Shown here in pieces: positions 44,008 to 58,004 of a stretch of DNA of 64,000 nucleotides; position 1 is the stretch's first letter, and the number at the start of each line of letters is the position of its first letter. Source of the stretch: Rhynchopus sp. YZ270_cl-10 (Eukaryota). The notes beneath the pieces were generated by a model. That model worked only from the letters and a program-made list of their open reading frames with translations, had not been told where the DNA came from and searched no databases. The stretch covers positions 682,001 through 746,000 of the forward strand of contig OZ037844.1 in assembly GCA_964035575.1 (NCBI GenBank), written 5' to 3'. The translations under genes and the position numbers were made by a program.

Positions 44008-45279
44008 CAGTGATGCAGGAATCCAGGGTCCCAAACAAAAAAACCCAAAAAACCCAAAAAAACCAAAAAAACCCATAAAAACCCAAAAAAACCCAAAAAA
44101 ACCTTAAAAAAACCCACCGCACTATATTTTGCTTTTGGGGCGTGGAGTGTGATTTTTTTTGCTCAAAACATCGCAAATATGAATTTTCGGAGCGATCCGA
44201 AAAAAATGCGGGGTCGGACATTTTTTTTGGTGGAGTTTAAGCCACCTAAAATTGACTTCTAAGTCAGACGTTCTATACGGTTTCTGAACAATTTTAGTGC
44301 CGTGAGTTTACGTGTATAAACCTTCTGTTATGTGTGCACCTACAGCTACAACAGGCGTTTTCACCTGGAGTTTCACCTCTTTTGGTGGGTTTTTTGAGTC
44401 CATACCCAGGTATGTGGGGTGGGAAACGCGATTCCGGTGTAAGAACCATGGGTGGTTCCACTGCAGTACCACGTAACCCACGTTTAAATCCCAAAAAACC
44501 CCGGTGACACCATCTTCTCGGTGAGCAATGAGTGTTACCAGCGCGTGCTCCTTTCGTCACGCAAACCAAAAAGCGGTGCAATGTTGTGAATTTTTGAAGA
44601 TTTTGTGTGTTTTCCTGATTTTCGTACATGTTGTTGCGTTTTGGGCTGTGATAATGTAGATTTTTGTGTAGATTTCGTGGGTTTTTTCGTTTTTTTCTTT
44701 GTAAATTTGGGCCACCGCCTAAAACACCAAAAATGCAGGTTGGTACCGCAATGAGGCAGAATAGTGGCGATACACATTGTTGTCCTTTGCCGTGGGTGTC
44801 CAAAGACACACTCTTTTGGCTGAAAATGGAGGGTGCGTGCTGGGCAGCTTCACTGCCCACATTAATACAGTAAAACTGGCTGGTGCCTGTATGAAGTGGT
44901 TTTTCAGGTCAAAAATGGCCTGAAAAAGTGGTGTTTTCGGGGTCTGGTCCTGTGTGTGACCATACTACAGGTGGTATGATGAGTGATCTGACCATATTCT
45001 CCAGGTATAACAAACACCTAAAAAACCAATTGGCGAAGGAATTTTACACTTTTGACCACCACACATTACATGTTTACCAAGGCATTTTTTCTATGCACTT
45101 GTGTGTGCTGGGAAGCATACCGCCAGTGTAAAAATTCACGAATACCCTACCAAAAACCAGAAAGTCAAAAAACCCATAAAAACCCGAGAAAACTGGTTTT
45201 GAAAAAACCCGAAAAAACCCAAAAAAACCCATAAAAACCCGCATAAAAACCCATCGAAAAAACCCACCTTGCATCACTG
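44008..45279. mobile_element. Non-autonomous hAT element
   Basis: TIR CAGTGATGCA(A)GG; 8-bp TSD CCACTTTA (44000-07, 45280-87); subterminal AAAAAACCC repeats. Confidence 0.85.
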
Positions 45280-46636
45280 CCACTTTAACCGCCCCTCGAA
45301 ATTCAAAAAGGGGTCCCAAACCCGGGCGCGCTACACTCGCGCGGAACTTTTTGCTTTGGTCTAGTTGCATTTTTGGCTGCAAAATGCAAGGGGATCCCCA
45401 AAGACGTTGGGAATATTATTTGGATGGGGCAGTGATTTTGTACCTGCATACACGCTCCCTCGCGGTAACCGCGTGCATGCCAATGAAGTGCTCTCTGGGG
45501 TTCGATAACCCGTGGAACCAGTGCTTCCGCCGATGAACGGTGAGGCGTTGCACTTCTCTTTTTGCGGAGCAAAAAATAATATAAATGGCGCCGCAGGCAA
45601 AAAAATTTGAGTACAGTGTAAAAATCTAGCTTCCAACGAACCCTTTTTTGCAGAGCAAAAAATGAAAAATGGCGCCGCAGGCAAAAAAAAAATTGGGGGT
45701 ACAGCCCTGGACAGTGAAGGATTTTGTTGTCAATTTTTTTTTCTTGCCCCCTGAAAACTCTTGCTTTTGAGAGTTTCGACCATTTCACCACACTGGTGGT
45801 GTGTCACCTACAGTGAAACCCACCAGAAACCACAAGAAAGCCCCCTAAGGAAAAAAAGGAAAAAAAAAAAGGAAAAAAAAACTAAAATCCAGAATTTCAT
45901 GTTCTCGGTCCCACTTAGGAACTTCCCTGCTCTTTAATAATTTCTTTTTTTTTTTTTTTTTTTTGATAAAATCTGCTCTTTTTTGAGGTTGTTTTGAAGT
46001 CTCCACTTTTCAGTTGATGGAATGAGGGGAAAATGGTTCCCCTTTTGATTTCGTATCTGGTTGTATACGTGAGGGGTGGGAACGGAGGTCGGAAAAACAA
46101 TCGATTTCTTTTTTTTTTTTTTGCTGATAATCTGTTGGTGCAGTGTAGCTGCGCATTTTTTTTAAAATAACCACACATCACAACTTTTCTTTTCTTTTTT
46201 TTGCGGAGCTTTTCTTTTGATATTATTCTGTTGATACAGCTGCCGTACAGACAGTATTCACCCCTCTTTTTTGTGTTTTTTTTCAAAAAAACAACTTAAC
46301 GAGCCTTTGGATTGTTTGCTGCTGAGGCAGGGGGTGATTGCTGGTATTATTGCTTTAAAAGAGGGGAAGAAATAGAAAACTTGACGGTGTAACTAAAACT
46401 CTCATTTAGTCACAAAAGAAGAAAAAAAAAAGGCAAGACCAGTACGGTTACACTTCAGAAGGGGAAACGGGTTACGTAAAACACTCCCAAAGGAATTGGA
46501 GAGCACTGAGCCTATTGTAAAAAACCGAGAGGTTGTGTACAAAAAAAAACAAAAAACAAAAAAAAACAAAAAACCAACAAAAGTCATGAATGATGATCGT
46601 CACAGGAATATTCATTCATAGGGGGTGGGGGGGGTG

Positions 46637-46736
46637 CACGACGATGAAGTAAATGACTTGACTTGTGATTTTACTTGTGGTTTCACCGTTTTTACTGTAA
46701 ACCACAAGTAAAACCACAAGTCAAGTCACCGTCGTG
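46637..46736. mobile_element. 100-bp fold-back MITE with CACG termini
   Basis: CACGACG...CGTCGTG, almost entirely inverted repeat, TG on both sides. Confidence 0.75.
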
Positions 46737-47583
46737 TGGGGGGACCAAGAGATAAGCCGAAACTTCGCTTTGGTCATGATGAAAAACCCAAAATAAAATA
46801 AAATGTAAGCTTGTAAGATGAATGTGCCTCACGCACCAATCAACACATGCCATCTCAAAAGAGGAAAAAGGAAAAGAAACACACTATCCACTTTCCTTGT
46901 CCCTGCACAGAGATAGCGCGCACATCTAACCGCGCATGGTCTCTGCCTGCAGAGAAGGAAGGAAGAAAATGGGGATAAAAAAAAATCAAAAAAAAGTTTA
47001 GAAATGCAACACTCCTTTATTGACGCAGGCCCCACACGAAATAAAAACAAAATGAAAGTGCTGAAACAAGACGCTGATAGATTACCCACGGACGTGTACA
47101 ATGCAACAGTCGACAAGTGGAACAGAACACAATTCGAATCCTTGAAGGCATGTTCAGAAAAGATGAGGGCTAGTGTTCGAGGATAGTAAGAAATGTTGAT
47201 AGCGATGACCTAAGTGTCTCTATACTCGGCCAAATTTGACAACACAAACCAAAGAAAAAAATGTGAATGGCATTTTTTTTTGTGCCTCGCTGTACACACA
47301 GACGTCTTCAAAACTATTTTTAAAAACAACAACTTTGCAAGCTGAACCTAAACTGCACATACTTCAAAACTAAAGAAAATACCCCATCGCTTTTGGCACC
47401 GTACTTTTCTTGTCTTTACCCGATGGACTGTAATCTAAATGGTACTCAGGGGGGAAAAATGCTGTTGAACCGCATGAGCATTTTTAAAAAAGCGTCTCGG
47501 GGAGGTAGTTCATGGTAGTGAGGGGGATGTTACTATCCTTGTTGAAGTACATTGCAATGCTAATATTAATCAAAAAAGAAAAG

Positions 47584-47626
47584 GTTATAAGATGATCCTA
47601 AGCCTCTCGTGCTTAGTCACCTTTAA
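47584..47626. repeat. Short dispersed hairpin element, copy 3
   Basis: Core identical to the 41119 copy. Confidence 0.8.
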
Positions 47627-47686
47627 AAAATATGTAAGAGGAATGTCCTTCTCGTGCAGACACATCTTAAAAGGAGGGGAGGTAAC

Positions 47687-47720
<34 letters not shown>

Positions 47721-47729
47721 AACTGAAAG

Positions 47730-48607
47730 CAGGGTTTCCGCGTTCTTCCGGTGTTTTCGAAGGGGGCGGACGAGTTTCCCCCCCCCCCAAAAAAAATTTT
47801 TTTTACTAGTGCTTAACACAATACAGGTCGGGGGCCTCCGGCGGAGTTGTCTCGCCTCACGGTCTTTCGTGAGACACAACAGGTGAGAAACTCACGTTAC
47901 GAGATACTCGAAAACAAAGCGTGGCGGGTGGTGGAATAAGCGCTCAGCTGTGCTTGTACCCACAGGAAGAGTGAACAAGAGACGGAGTAACGTCCTCATC
48001 TGAGGGTACTCGGTGTCACCTTCCTCATTGAGCTCAACATACATCAGAACGTCATGAAGAGTTGTCATTGAGGTGCACACCCTCAACACCGACTTGAGCT
48101 CTTGCCACTCTGCCAACAGGTCACTGAATTCAACCCCCTGCACAATACTGGCTGTCTGGAACTGCTTCCGTTCAGCGGTGTCGCTGTACACCGGCTTCAG
48201 CGCATCCCCACCCACGACATCGTGATGCATGTAGGACAGTTTGTGGGGGGTGAAGAACTGGTCGTACAATCTGCCTAGCTGTTCAATGCTGTACTCCGTG
48301 CGCAAACCCGCAAAGGGTTTGAGGGGAATGATAGAGGGGGATACCATAAGTGCGGCCGCAGATCTGCGCGACGCCAAAGGGGGAGGCCTTTATTTTTCTA
48401 TACGGGGTGGGGTGCGTCCCCTGCGGGGACGCACCCCACTCGTCCACTTTACAATGTACCCCGGGCCCTCTCCCCACCCATTTTTCCCACTCCCCGGATG
48501 AACTTCGTCCGGACGAACTTCGTCCGGACGAACTTCGTCCGGCAGTTTTTTTTTTTTTTTTTCCTACCGGACGAACTTCGTCCGATTTTTGGGTCGCGGA
48601 AACACTG
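47730..48607 (-). mobile_element. Internally deleted hAT transposon with a transposase C-terminal remnant
   Basis: TIR CAG(G/T)GTTTCCGCG; 8-bp TSD ACTGAAAG. ORF 47892-48377 contains EYPQMRTLLRLLFTLPVGTSTAERLF (hAT dimerisation domain). Subterminal GGACGAACTTCGTCC repeats. Confidence 0.92.
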
Positions 48608-49201
48608 ACTGAAAGATGGATAATCAATTTAGAGTTTTCTGAAGCAAAGAAAAGGTTGAACGATGAATGCCTCATAGAAAGATTCACATAGGAATGGGAT
48701 TTTTTTTTCCCCCAAGCAGAGGGGATGTGATTTTCCCCTTGGCTTGGTTGTATCAGTGTAGACGATGTGCTACAAAAAAAGAGGAAATTAATAAAATCAG
48801 AGATTAAAAGAAAAATTTGCAAAAGTACTGAACCAAGAAAAAGGCTCCAGAAGACCCCACGGCCGGAAGAGATGTGACAGCGGTACGATGCTCAGTGCCC
48901 GCACGTAACACAAATACTTACTGATCCGTGGGCAGGTCATCATGAGCTATCAGTGGATCAGCAAATCAGTGTATCAGTGGAGTCATGAAGGAACGTGATA
49001 TTTTGTCGATTTCCCTCGCCCCCCCTTCTTGTTTGATGCGTTGACGCTTCCACACTACTATATCTCACCCTGTTGGGTGGTGGTGTTGCGGAGGGGTGAA
49101 TGAACGACATGACACTTTCCAATCACAAAATAGTGTGCGTAAAAAAAATACACAAAACCACACAAAAGAGAATCAAACATCTTGTTTTCAATCCACCCCT
49201 G

Positions 49202-50008
49202 CAGGCCTTTTGCTAACTTTGGGATTTTCCCCCTGAATGGCACGATGGTCAAAAAAATAATAATTTCCTGGAAAAAAAGTACATTCCGAGCTTTCCCACC
49301 TGGTGAAAGCGGTCGTCGCGCGCTTCGCGCGCGCCTCCCTGCCAGCCACAGGGTGGAGAGGCGAAGGGCAGCTTTGCGAGATAACAAAAAACGGAATCTA
49401 ATCCTTTATTAACGGTGCTTGGTCTTGCGCCTTACGCCCACCAACCGTACAAAATCAATACGTCTTCGAGAAGCAGGGGCTGTTGCAACGGTTGGGTCAC
49501 TTTGAAATAAAAATGGTCAATTTTTTGCAGCTTGGGTCAAGTTTCATTTCTGGCTGCAAAATGCAAGGGAATCCCCTTAGACATTGTTAAATGGCACCGT
49601 AGGCAGGAAGAAAATAGCACAGCGCGAGCGAAGCGAGCAGAAAAATTTTGAGGTGCCATCATGCCATCATGCCATCATGCCATCATGCCATCATGCCATC
49701 ATGCCATCATGCCATCATGCCATCATGCCATCATGCCATCATGCCATCATGCCATCATGCCATCATGCCATCATGCCATCATGCCATCATGCCATCATGC
49801 CATCATGCCATCATGCCATCATGCCATCATGCCATCATGCCATCATGCCATCATGCCATCATGCCATCTGGGGGGGAAATCCCCAGGTGATGGAGAGCGA
49901 AAGCCCTGCCCCACCACCCCCCGTGGCATGATGGTGGCATGATGGAAAAAAAAAATAAAAAACGCCCAAAAACGTGGCATGATGGCATGATGGTTAGCAA
50001 AAGGCCTG
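49202..50008. mobile_element. Non-autonomous DNA transposon with a 9-bp TSD (Mutator-like)
   Basis: Perfect 16-bp TIR CAGGCCTTTTGCTAAC; TSD CCACCCCTG (49193-201, 50009-17). Confidence 0.85.
49654..49868. repeat. 8-mer tandem array (TGCCATCA)n, about 27 units
   Basis: Directly visible; lies inside the 49202-50008 element. Confidence 0.98.
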
Positions 50009-50872
50009 CCACCCCTGCAGATTAAAAAAAAAAAAAATGCACTTCAAGTTTGCAACAATCTTTCCTGAACAAGAAGGAAAAATTCCTCCAAAAAAATGTG
50101 CAAAAAAAGTCTTGGGGGGGACAAAAAATAAAACAAAAATGTGTCTCACGTACACTTAAAGAAAAAAAAATACAATTGCCGTTGTCTGAGCAAAGGAGTG
50201 GTGCATTTCTGATGAAGGGGAAGATGGGAGGAAATGGGGAAGGAGGAAGGGAGCTAGCGGGGCGGTGTTAGAGAGCAATAGATAGAGGTAGGGGGGTGTG
50301 GGGGGTGTGTCCTTTGTAGGGAGGCGGGAGGGAGGAGGGAAGGGGAAGAAAAATAGAAAAAAGTTGAAACGTGCCAAAACGCATCTCAGCCTAGCTCATG
50401 CAAAGGGTAAATACGTGAAGTGGTCCGTACCGTAAGAGAACGGAGGCGGTTCAAAACCGCTCGGCAAGCCACGCAACCTCTTCATGCCAAAAAATAAAAA
50501 AAACTAATATGATTTTGTATTACCGTGGGAGCATAAAAAAAAAAATGAATAAAAATAGGGGTTTTTTGTAAAAGATACCGAAAGCTTCCTCTGCTCGAAT
50601 CGTTCGTATTCTCTTTTTTCCTTTTTGAACAAACAGTCGAAACGTACAGACAACCCAGATGGTGACTTTGTTTAAAAAAGAAAATCTGGAAGATTCTTGC
50701 CTCTCGTACAATATCTTTAACAAAAAAAGGACACACACCAAAAAAAAAATGGGGGGAGGCGAGGGGGAAGTCTGCCACAAAAAAAAATCTGTGAAAAAAG
50801 ACAAAATTAGATGGATCCTCTCCACTTTTAGCTTTTCTTTTGCTTTTGTTTTTTTTTTAAACTCTCTCTCTC

Positions 50873-53800
50873 TCAGTACTGATCAAGGTCTTTGTCGTCA
50901 TCCAACGGATTGAATGCGTGGTCCGTCACGCTACCTTCTCCGGCTGCGATAGACTTCAGGTGGTCAAAGTTTCCTGTCTTTTGCGACATATCGTGGAAGA
51001 TGGAGGAGCTGTCCGAGAGAAGGTTAATCGGTGTGTCGTACTCAGCACAAACGCCCTGGTCCAGGACCATGATTCTGGTACTGTCCATGATGGTCTGGAG
51101 ACGATGCGCCACTGTGATCACCGTGTAGTTCTTGAACTGCTCGCGGACCGTCTTTTGGATGGCGGTGTCTGTTGCGTGGTCGATGGAAGCGGTGGCTTCG
51201 TCCATGAGAAGGATTTGCGAATTCGATTTGAGGAGCGCGCGGGCCATGCACAGAAGCTGCCTCTGACCGACAGAGAAGTTCTGTCCTCCTGAGGTGACCG
51301 AGCCGTCGATGCCGCCGTCGTGCGCCTCCATACGCTCCTTCATGTTGACCTGCTCAAGTCTGTTCCAAATCTCTTCGTCAGTCGACGTCGCGAAGGGGTC
51401 AAGGTTGCTCCTCACCGTGCCCTGGAAGAGCACCGGGTCCTGCGGGATCATAGAAATAGACGACCGCAGGTCGGACAGCTTCAACGTCCTGAGGTCCCGC
51501 CCGCCAATGCTGATGCTCCCGCCCGCGCATTCCACAAGACGGAAGAGTGCAAGCATAAGCGTCGACTTCCCCGCTCCAGTCCGTCCAACCACACCCACAC
51601 GGTCGCCGCTCTCAATGACAAGACCCTGTGGGCCACCCAGACCCTTCAGAACCAAAGGCAGGCCAGGGCGGTAGCGGAAGTGCACATCAGTGAGGACGAT
51701 CTGTTGTGTGATGGGATTGTAGTGTGGTAGGGTTGTGTAGAGGGGAAAGTTGTGTGTGTTGTGCATTTAGAGTTGTCGCGAACAAAGCGCGAAGATTATG
51801 TCTTTTCGTTGGGGGAAATTTTTTCAAAAGAGGGGGGGAAATACCTTGCCACTCTCAGGCCACGTGCTGGTGGGCTTCTTCGCAGCTGAGACGTAGCCGC
51901 TGACCTCGTAGTTCTGTGTCTCGACGTCGGAGAAGTCGTCTGTGTTCGGCGAGTAGACACGCACCTTGCCTGCAGACTTCTCGTTCTGCTGCACGTCCGT
52001 GACGATGAGCATCTCGTTGTTGTTCGGGTTCAGGTACTGCTGCCCTCTGAAGTGCGACGACGGTGCGTCATCGCCTCCCGGTCCGCTGTAGCTCAGGGCA
52101 GGCTCCTGTAGGAATGATTTTGTGTTGGAAAAAAAAATGCAGGCAAACAATAAGAAGACCAAAACCAAGGGGCAAAAAAAAGGGACAGTACCTGGTCGAT
52201 TTGCTCCGAAAATTCAACGATACGCTCGACACCGTTCATCTGCGCCTCAAGATCCGCAACCTGGCGGACCAAGAAGGAGAGCGACCCAGTCAAGCTCATG
52301 GAGTAGACGATCCCGAGAGAGAGCATCCCGATGGACCCTTCCATGCCCATCTCAGGGCTGAGTACTGCGAAGAGGGCTGTTGCGCAGGCAATGGCGTTGC
52401 CGAGCAGCTCAAGACGGATCGCAAGCCATCTGTTGCACACAAGGTTCGCAAAGGCCGTGCGCGTCGTAAGGTCGATGCGCCTGCGGTTCTCACGCTTGAA
52501 GTTCTCAATAACACCATACGAAGTCACGGTGTTCACTCCTGTCAGTGTCTCCGTAAAGTGCTGGAAGAGGGGCGATTTGAACACCGAGTCAAGACGCTTG
52601 GTTTCTCTGTTGGTTCTGATGAAGCGCTTAAGGATGTAGTAGTAGATGACACCCCCGGGTACGAGCAACGCAAGCATGATCTGCTGTCCGGTGGCGATGA
52701 CGACGATGTACGCAAACACAGAGATGATGAGCTGGAAGAAGGTGATCACGGTGGGCGGCAGCACAACGTCAATCTGGTCAATGTCTCGCGAGAAACGGTT
52801 CAGAATCCGCCCCAACGGGGTTGTGTCGAAGAATGCCATAGGTGCACGCAGCACATTCTTAACCAGAGCCTCGTGGAAGACACGCGACGCCTTTTGGAAA
52901 CGCGAGTACGCAAAGAACCCACGCACCAAGTTGACAAGACAGGTGAATATAATGAGCGACAGGTAGATGATAATGTGCTGCTCCTTCGAGAGACTGTATC
53001 CAAGCGTGTCGCTGGCCTGCTGCGAGTCGGAAGTGTCGTTCGAGTCACTCCACCATGTCATCCAGAGATCGCAGAACTGCATGGCAGCCTGGTTCAACAC
53101 GAAGACGAACATAAGCAAACTGAACACACCCCAGCCTCCTCCGGACTTCACGTACGAGTAGTACATATGCTTGTTGACGGAGCCCTGCGCGCGCTCCTCA
53201 TCCTTGATCAGTTTGTTCTTCGTCTCCGTCTTTGCGACGGGCGTGGGTGGGGAGTCCTTGTCCTTCTTCACCTCTGCCACCTCCTCCCCCTCACCGGGGA
53301 CGGGGCTCTTGGAGATCTCCTCTGCCTTCAGGGTCGAGAAGAAGTCGCTGCCCTCACCTTCGTACTCGCAGACGAGGTCCAGAACGTTCTTCTCCTCTGT
53401 CCCGCGGAAGGTCTGTGCGATGTGGCCGTCCTTCACGAAGATGAGGTCGTCGGCGTACTTCACAAACTGGATCTGGTGGGTGACAAGAACACGTGTCTTG
53501 TTCTCGAGAAGGGAGCTGCCCCATTCAGCGGGCTTCGTGAGTGGGGAGGAGCCAATGACGTTCTGCATCAGGCTCATACCGACGTGCGGGTCGACGGCGG
53601 AGAGCGGGTCGTCCAGGAAGGTGATGGCCTTCCCTGCGTACACTGCGCGCGCGATGGAGACACGCTGCTTCTGCCCACCGGAGAGGTTGACTCCCTTCTC
53701 GCCAATCTCCGTCATGTCGCCGTCCGCGAACTGCTCAAGGTCCTGCGTCAGCTGGCAACGCTCCACGACGTCCTGGTACCGCGCCTCGTCGTACTTCGAA

Positions 53801-55812
53801 TAGAAGAGGATGTTGTCACGCAGGGTGCAGTTCATGATCCACGCCTGCTGCTGCGAGTACGCTGTGGGCTCTGGTACGAAATCTTCTCCCGCAGACGTCC
53901 CTTCACGGTACATCTCTGTTGCATCGCTGGCGTCAACGTTCCCGAGAAGGGCCTCCAACAGGCAGGTCTTCCCCGACCCGGTCACACCAATGACCATCGT
54001 GAGCTTGTTTTTACGGATCTCGAGGTCGACGTCGGAGAGGACAGGCTTCGGTACGATCATATGCTTGGCAGCGTCACGCTTCTTCTTGGCAGGCTTGCCC
54101 CCTTCTCCTGCTGCAGGCACCTCGACAGCAACCTCTTGACTCTTCTTCTGCGCAAGCGATTCGGGGCACAGCTGCACCTCCTCTGGCTTCATGGTGTCGA
54201 TGACCTGCGGTTCGTAGGCATGGAAGTTTCCGTTTCTGACGATGAAGGAGACGTCCTCCTCCTGCTTCATTGGCATCGGGCGCACCTCGAGGGAGGTTTC
54301 GTCTTTGGTAAGCGACTCAAGGAAGATGGTCATCCTGTCGAAGGAGACCTTGGCGTTGACCATCATGTTGAACTGCATAGGCAGAATCAAGAAGGGGAAC
54401 CGCAGGATACCGAACAGCGACATAGCAGGGAACACTACAGAGGGTTCGATGTCGTTGCCCATCAGCGCGTAGACGACAAAGGTGGTGGCAGAGAGCAGAA
54501 TAGGCGTCATGTACACAATGGAGAACATAACGACACGAAGGTTCTGCTGCTGTGCAAGCTTGTCGACTTCGCGGTGGCGGATCTCCGTAAGCTGTGCATG
54601 CGACTTCTTGTCCCAGCCCATGAATTTAATGACGCGAATGCCGGACAAAACCTCTGTCACAGCCTTGATACGCTCATCGGTGAACTTCGCCATGACCTCG
54701 CGCGCCATCATCATCCTCCTCATGAGCTTGCCCTGGAGAGGTGATGTGAAGATCATGACACCAATCCCCGCAAACAGCGCCACATTCACAATACGGTACA
54801 GCAGAACGCACGACACGATAATCTGGAACGGCGCACTCCACAGGGTATGAATCGAGGTCATCACATCGTTCGCACGCTGCGCATCCGTTGACATCATGTT
54901 CACGATCCTCCCAATCGCAAGATCCGGGTTTGCACGCGACTTCTCACTGATAACAAGCGCATGATCGAAGATGGCAGCACTCAAGCACTGTTTCAGCTTC
55001 ATCCCAACCCGCGCAGTGTGATAGAAATACTGATTGACACACAAACTCTGGAAGATCTGTGCAGCAAAGAGCACCGCCACGATGATAAGCCCATCCGACA
55101 GCTTAGGGTCCTCCTTGTCCTTGTCCTGGTACTGCTTCAGGTAGCTGATGATCGCAGACAAAGCGATCGGGCCTGCAAAGATGGTGATATCGTTTCCAAG
55201 CTTGTACAGCCCAGCGAGCAGCACCTCGGGGAGGAACGCCGCAGAAAGACCCCAGGTGATCCACGGTGTCTTGGGAGCCTGCTTCTTTGAGTCTGTTGTG
55301 ATGAGGTGGGGTTTGATGAAGGAGCCGTGGCCGGGTTTGCAGTCGAACTTCTTTTCGCCGTAGAACCATCCGTCGCCTCCGATGGCGGTGATAGCCTTCT
55401 TTGTGACGGTCTCGGTGCGGCGTGTTTCGGCCCATTCTACTCCAGCATACCAAGAGGACGGGTTGACGGAGTACGGCAGACGGCCGACCCACTTCAGAAC
55501 ACCGCGTTTGCCGTGGTCGTCGGTGACGGGCTGGCCGATCTGGTCTTCCCAGGTCTGCGAGAGGTTGAGCTCCTCGCGCCAGGCTTTGTTCCAGCGGAGA
55601 ATGAGATTGCTCGCGCGATCGTCGCTGGAGACGTTGACAAGATCGTCCAGCTCGAGGGTACGCTCATACCCCGTGTCCACCATCGGTGTCACCCAGTTGA
55701 AGAGAATGCGCGCAATCGGGTTCGCCTTCTCCTCCTCAGACAGCGGGTACACCTCATGCACCTCGTGGTCGTGATCCTGCACGTCATCCGGGATCTGGAC
55801 GTAGCCACTCAT
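50873..55812 (-). CDS. ABCC/MRP-type ABC transporter. Exons 55812-52192, 52105-51845, 51700-50873.
   Basis: TMD1-NBD1-TMD2-NBD2 layout; Walker A GVTGSGKT and GRTGAGKS; signatures LSGGQ and FSVGQ; two phase-0 GT-AG introns join the frames. Confidence 0.95.
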
Positions 55813-56042
55813 CTCAAGGCACTATGCGAAGGCAGCTGATATGATCGATGTGGGGGAAAAGGGGGGGTGGTTATGTGTGGTGTATATTGGCTGGGGAGGG
55901 GGGTGGTGTGATGTGATGTGGCGGGTTAAAAAGAATTTCCACGGAATGGATACGGCTTTGATTTGAGCTACGAAATTGCACCCCATTTTCGTAATTTTAC
56001 ATCCGAACTTGAAATACAAAAGCCCCCTCTTCGAGATAAGTA

Positions 56043-56161
56043 CAGTAAGACAACAAACATCGGTGGGGTAAAAACACCGGAGGGGTAAAAACTAAGGTGG
56101 ATTTTGGGATTTCAAAGCTCTAAGGAGGGTTTTTACCCCACCGATGTTTGTTGTCTTACTG
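56043..56161. mobile_element. Tc1/mariner-type MITE, copy 2 (inverted relative to 5581)
   Basis: Same TIRs as the 5581 copy; TA TSD. Confidence 0.85.
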
Positions 56162-57867
56162 TATGTAGGGTGGAATCATGCAAATGACAGAGAAGGTCAT
56201 AGTGTAAACGCTGTTGTCGTTCATCTGCGGACGCAGGTACTGATGAAATGAAAGGAAGCTTGAGACCCAGGGTGATTAAGCCGGTGTGATAGGTCACGAC
56301 GATTTCTTCCCGTTTTCGCTGAGAAGCAAAAAAGGAAACAATCCCTAAAAAAAAAGGTCGTTGGATGGGATGGTGCAGAGGGACGTCCTCGGGTGGTTAA
56401 AATCTAAAAATATTTCCTCCTTTTTTTTTGTAATCTGTGCTGTCCTAGAATGTATGGTTGTAATTCTTTTTTTGTGTTTTGTTCTTTCGAAAAAAAAAAA
56501 ATAGGGGAGTTTTATTTTGAAGGGTGGGTGGATGTCTTCTTCGTTTCTTCTTAGTTTTGTTTTGCTTTGTTTTGTTTGTTCGTGGGGGGAAAAGGGAGAT
56601 ATTTTGAAGAAGTGGTGCAGGGAGGTTTTTTTTCCTGTACCACTCGCTCAACAACAGATCCCATTTTTGAGAAGACTGCCGTCATCTCTAAAAGTGATTA
56701 TATTTTCAATCGAAATATTGGGGGTTTTTTGTCCATCATCGTCGCCTCCTCATTTTTTCTGAATAAAAAATCTCCAAAAAGAAAATTTCCACGCAATCTT
56801 AGCACACTGCGAGAAATAAGGCTCACACATGTGCACTGCGTGTTTTTTTTAACGACAACGTGCTTCGCCATCTATGAACACAACAAAACAAGCAGAAAAT
56901 AAAACAAAACAAAAGACGTGTGCAAAACTCACACTGCACGCAAGTATTCACGTGGTAGCCGTTTCTCAGGCTTCCCCTCACACAAAACCAAACCCTCCTT
57001 CCCTTGTTACCCATCACAGCTAAACTGTGGTCGCACTACACTCCGCCAAAAAGCTGACTGAGCACAAAAAACCCACCCCACCCGAGCCCCAAGCCCACTA
57101 TAAAACAGAGCAAGAAAAAAAGGGGGTATTGTGTTGAGAAAATAGGATCGGAAGCTGCGTTCCCTCTTGTATCAAAGCAAGGGAAAAAAAAGGTCCTTTT
57201 TTTGAGATAACGACAAAAATAGTTGAAACGTAAAACGCATCTCAAGCAAAAGGGTGGGACAAAATAGAACGCAACAAAAACAAAACAAAAAAAAAACTGT
57301 GGGTGTTGATGCAGGCACCTCCGACTGACCCACTGTACGCTGCCAGCCATCCGGATGAAAGCACAAAGTACCCTGCGGCCTTCAACAGTAGATGTAAAAC
57401 AATAACTTTCTGAACGCTGTCTTAGTTTCCCCTTCACCTCCCCCGCTGTCGGGTCCGTTTTCCCCTCGTCGCTTTTTTCAACCGAGAGGGGAGGTGGATT
57501 GCCTTTACTCTGTACACTGTGTCGGCCGGTCCTCCACCAGAGTTTCCCCCGGCTTCGACCTATCCAGGCATAGTTCACCATCTTTCGGGTCCCAACAAGT
57601 GTGTACTTTACCTCAAATCCCCTTTCCAGTAAATCAGGATCGGGCTGTGCTGCGTCCTCAAGGATTGGCACATCTCCCTTTCAGTGTGATTCAAGGTAAG
57701 CAATGCTTCGTTGTTACCTTAGCCTTGAGTATGAAGAACATGCTGCAGAGAGAAGCGCAATGCAAAAACAGATGTATCCCAAGAACCGACCACATCAAAA
57801 AAAAAAAAAAGACCATATTTGACACAACAGCTTTCAGACAAAATGTGACCCCCAAAAAAAAGAAAAA

Positions 57868-57913
57868 GTTTATAAGATGATCCCAAAGCCTCTCGTGCTG
57901 AGTCACCTTTAAA
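57868..57913. repeat. Short dispersed hairpin element, copy 4
   Basis: Slightly diverged copy of the 41119 element. Confidence 0.75.
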
Positions 57914-58004
57914 CGCCCCCCCCAAAAAAAAACAGTATTTTGACAGAGTGTATCATGTTACCAACTTCATAGCAATGTACAGAAACAAAAAAAAAAAAAC
58001 GATA

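Noticed and set aside
43882..45815. Outer CACTGTAG...CTACAGTG element around the hAT insertion
   Set aside because: Only an 8-bp terminal match and no TSD; insufficient support.
49584..49942. ORFs with MPSCHHAI repeats
   Set aside because: Translations of the 8-mer microsatellite.
52063..54744. 893-aa plus-strand ORF
   Set aside because: Antisense shadow of the codon-biased ABCC exon; no recognisable motifs.
57380..57671. Minus-strand ORF fragment (MPILEDAAQP...)
   Set aside because: No recognisable domain; runs into a dispersed repeat and low-complexity sequence.
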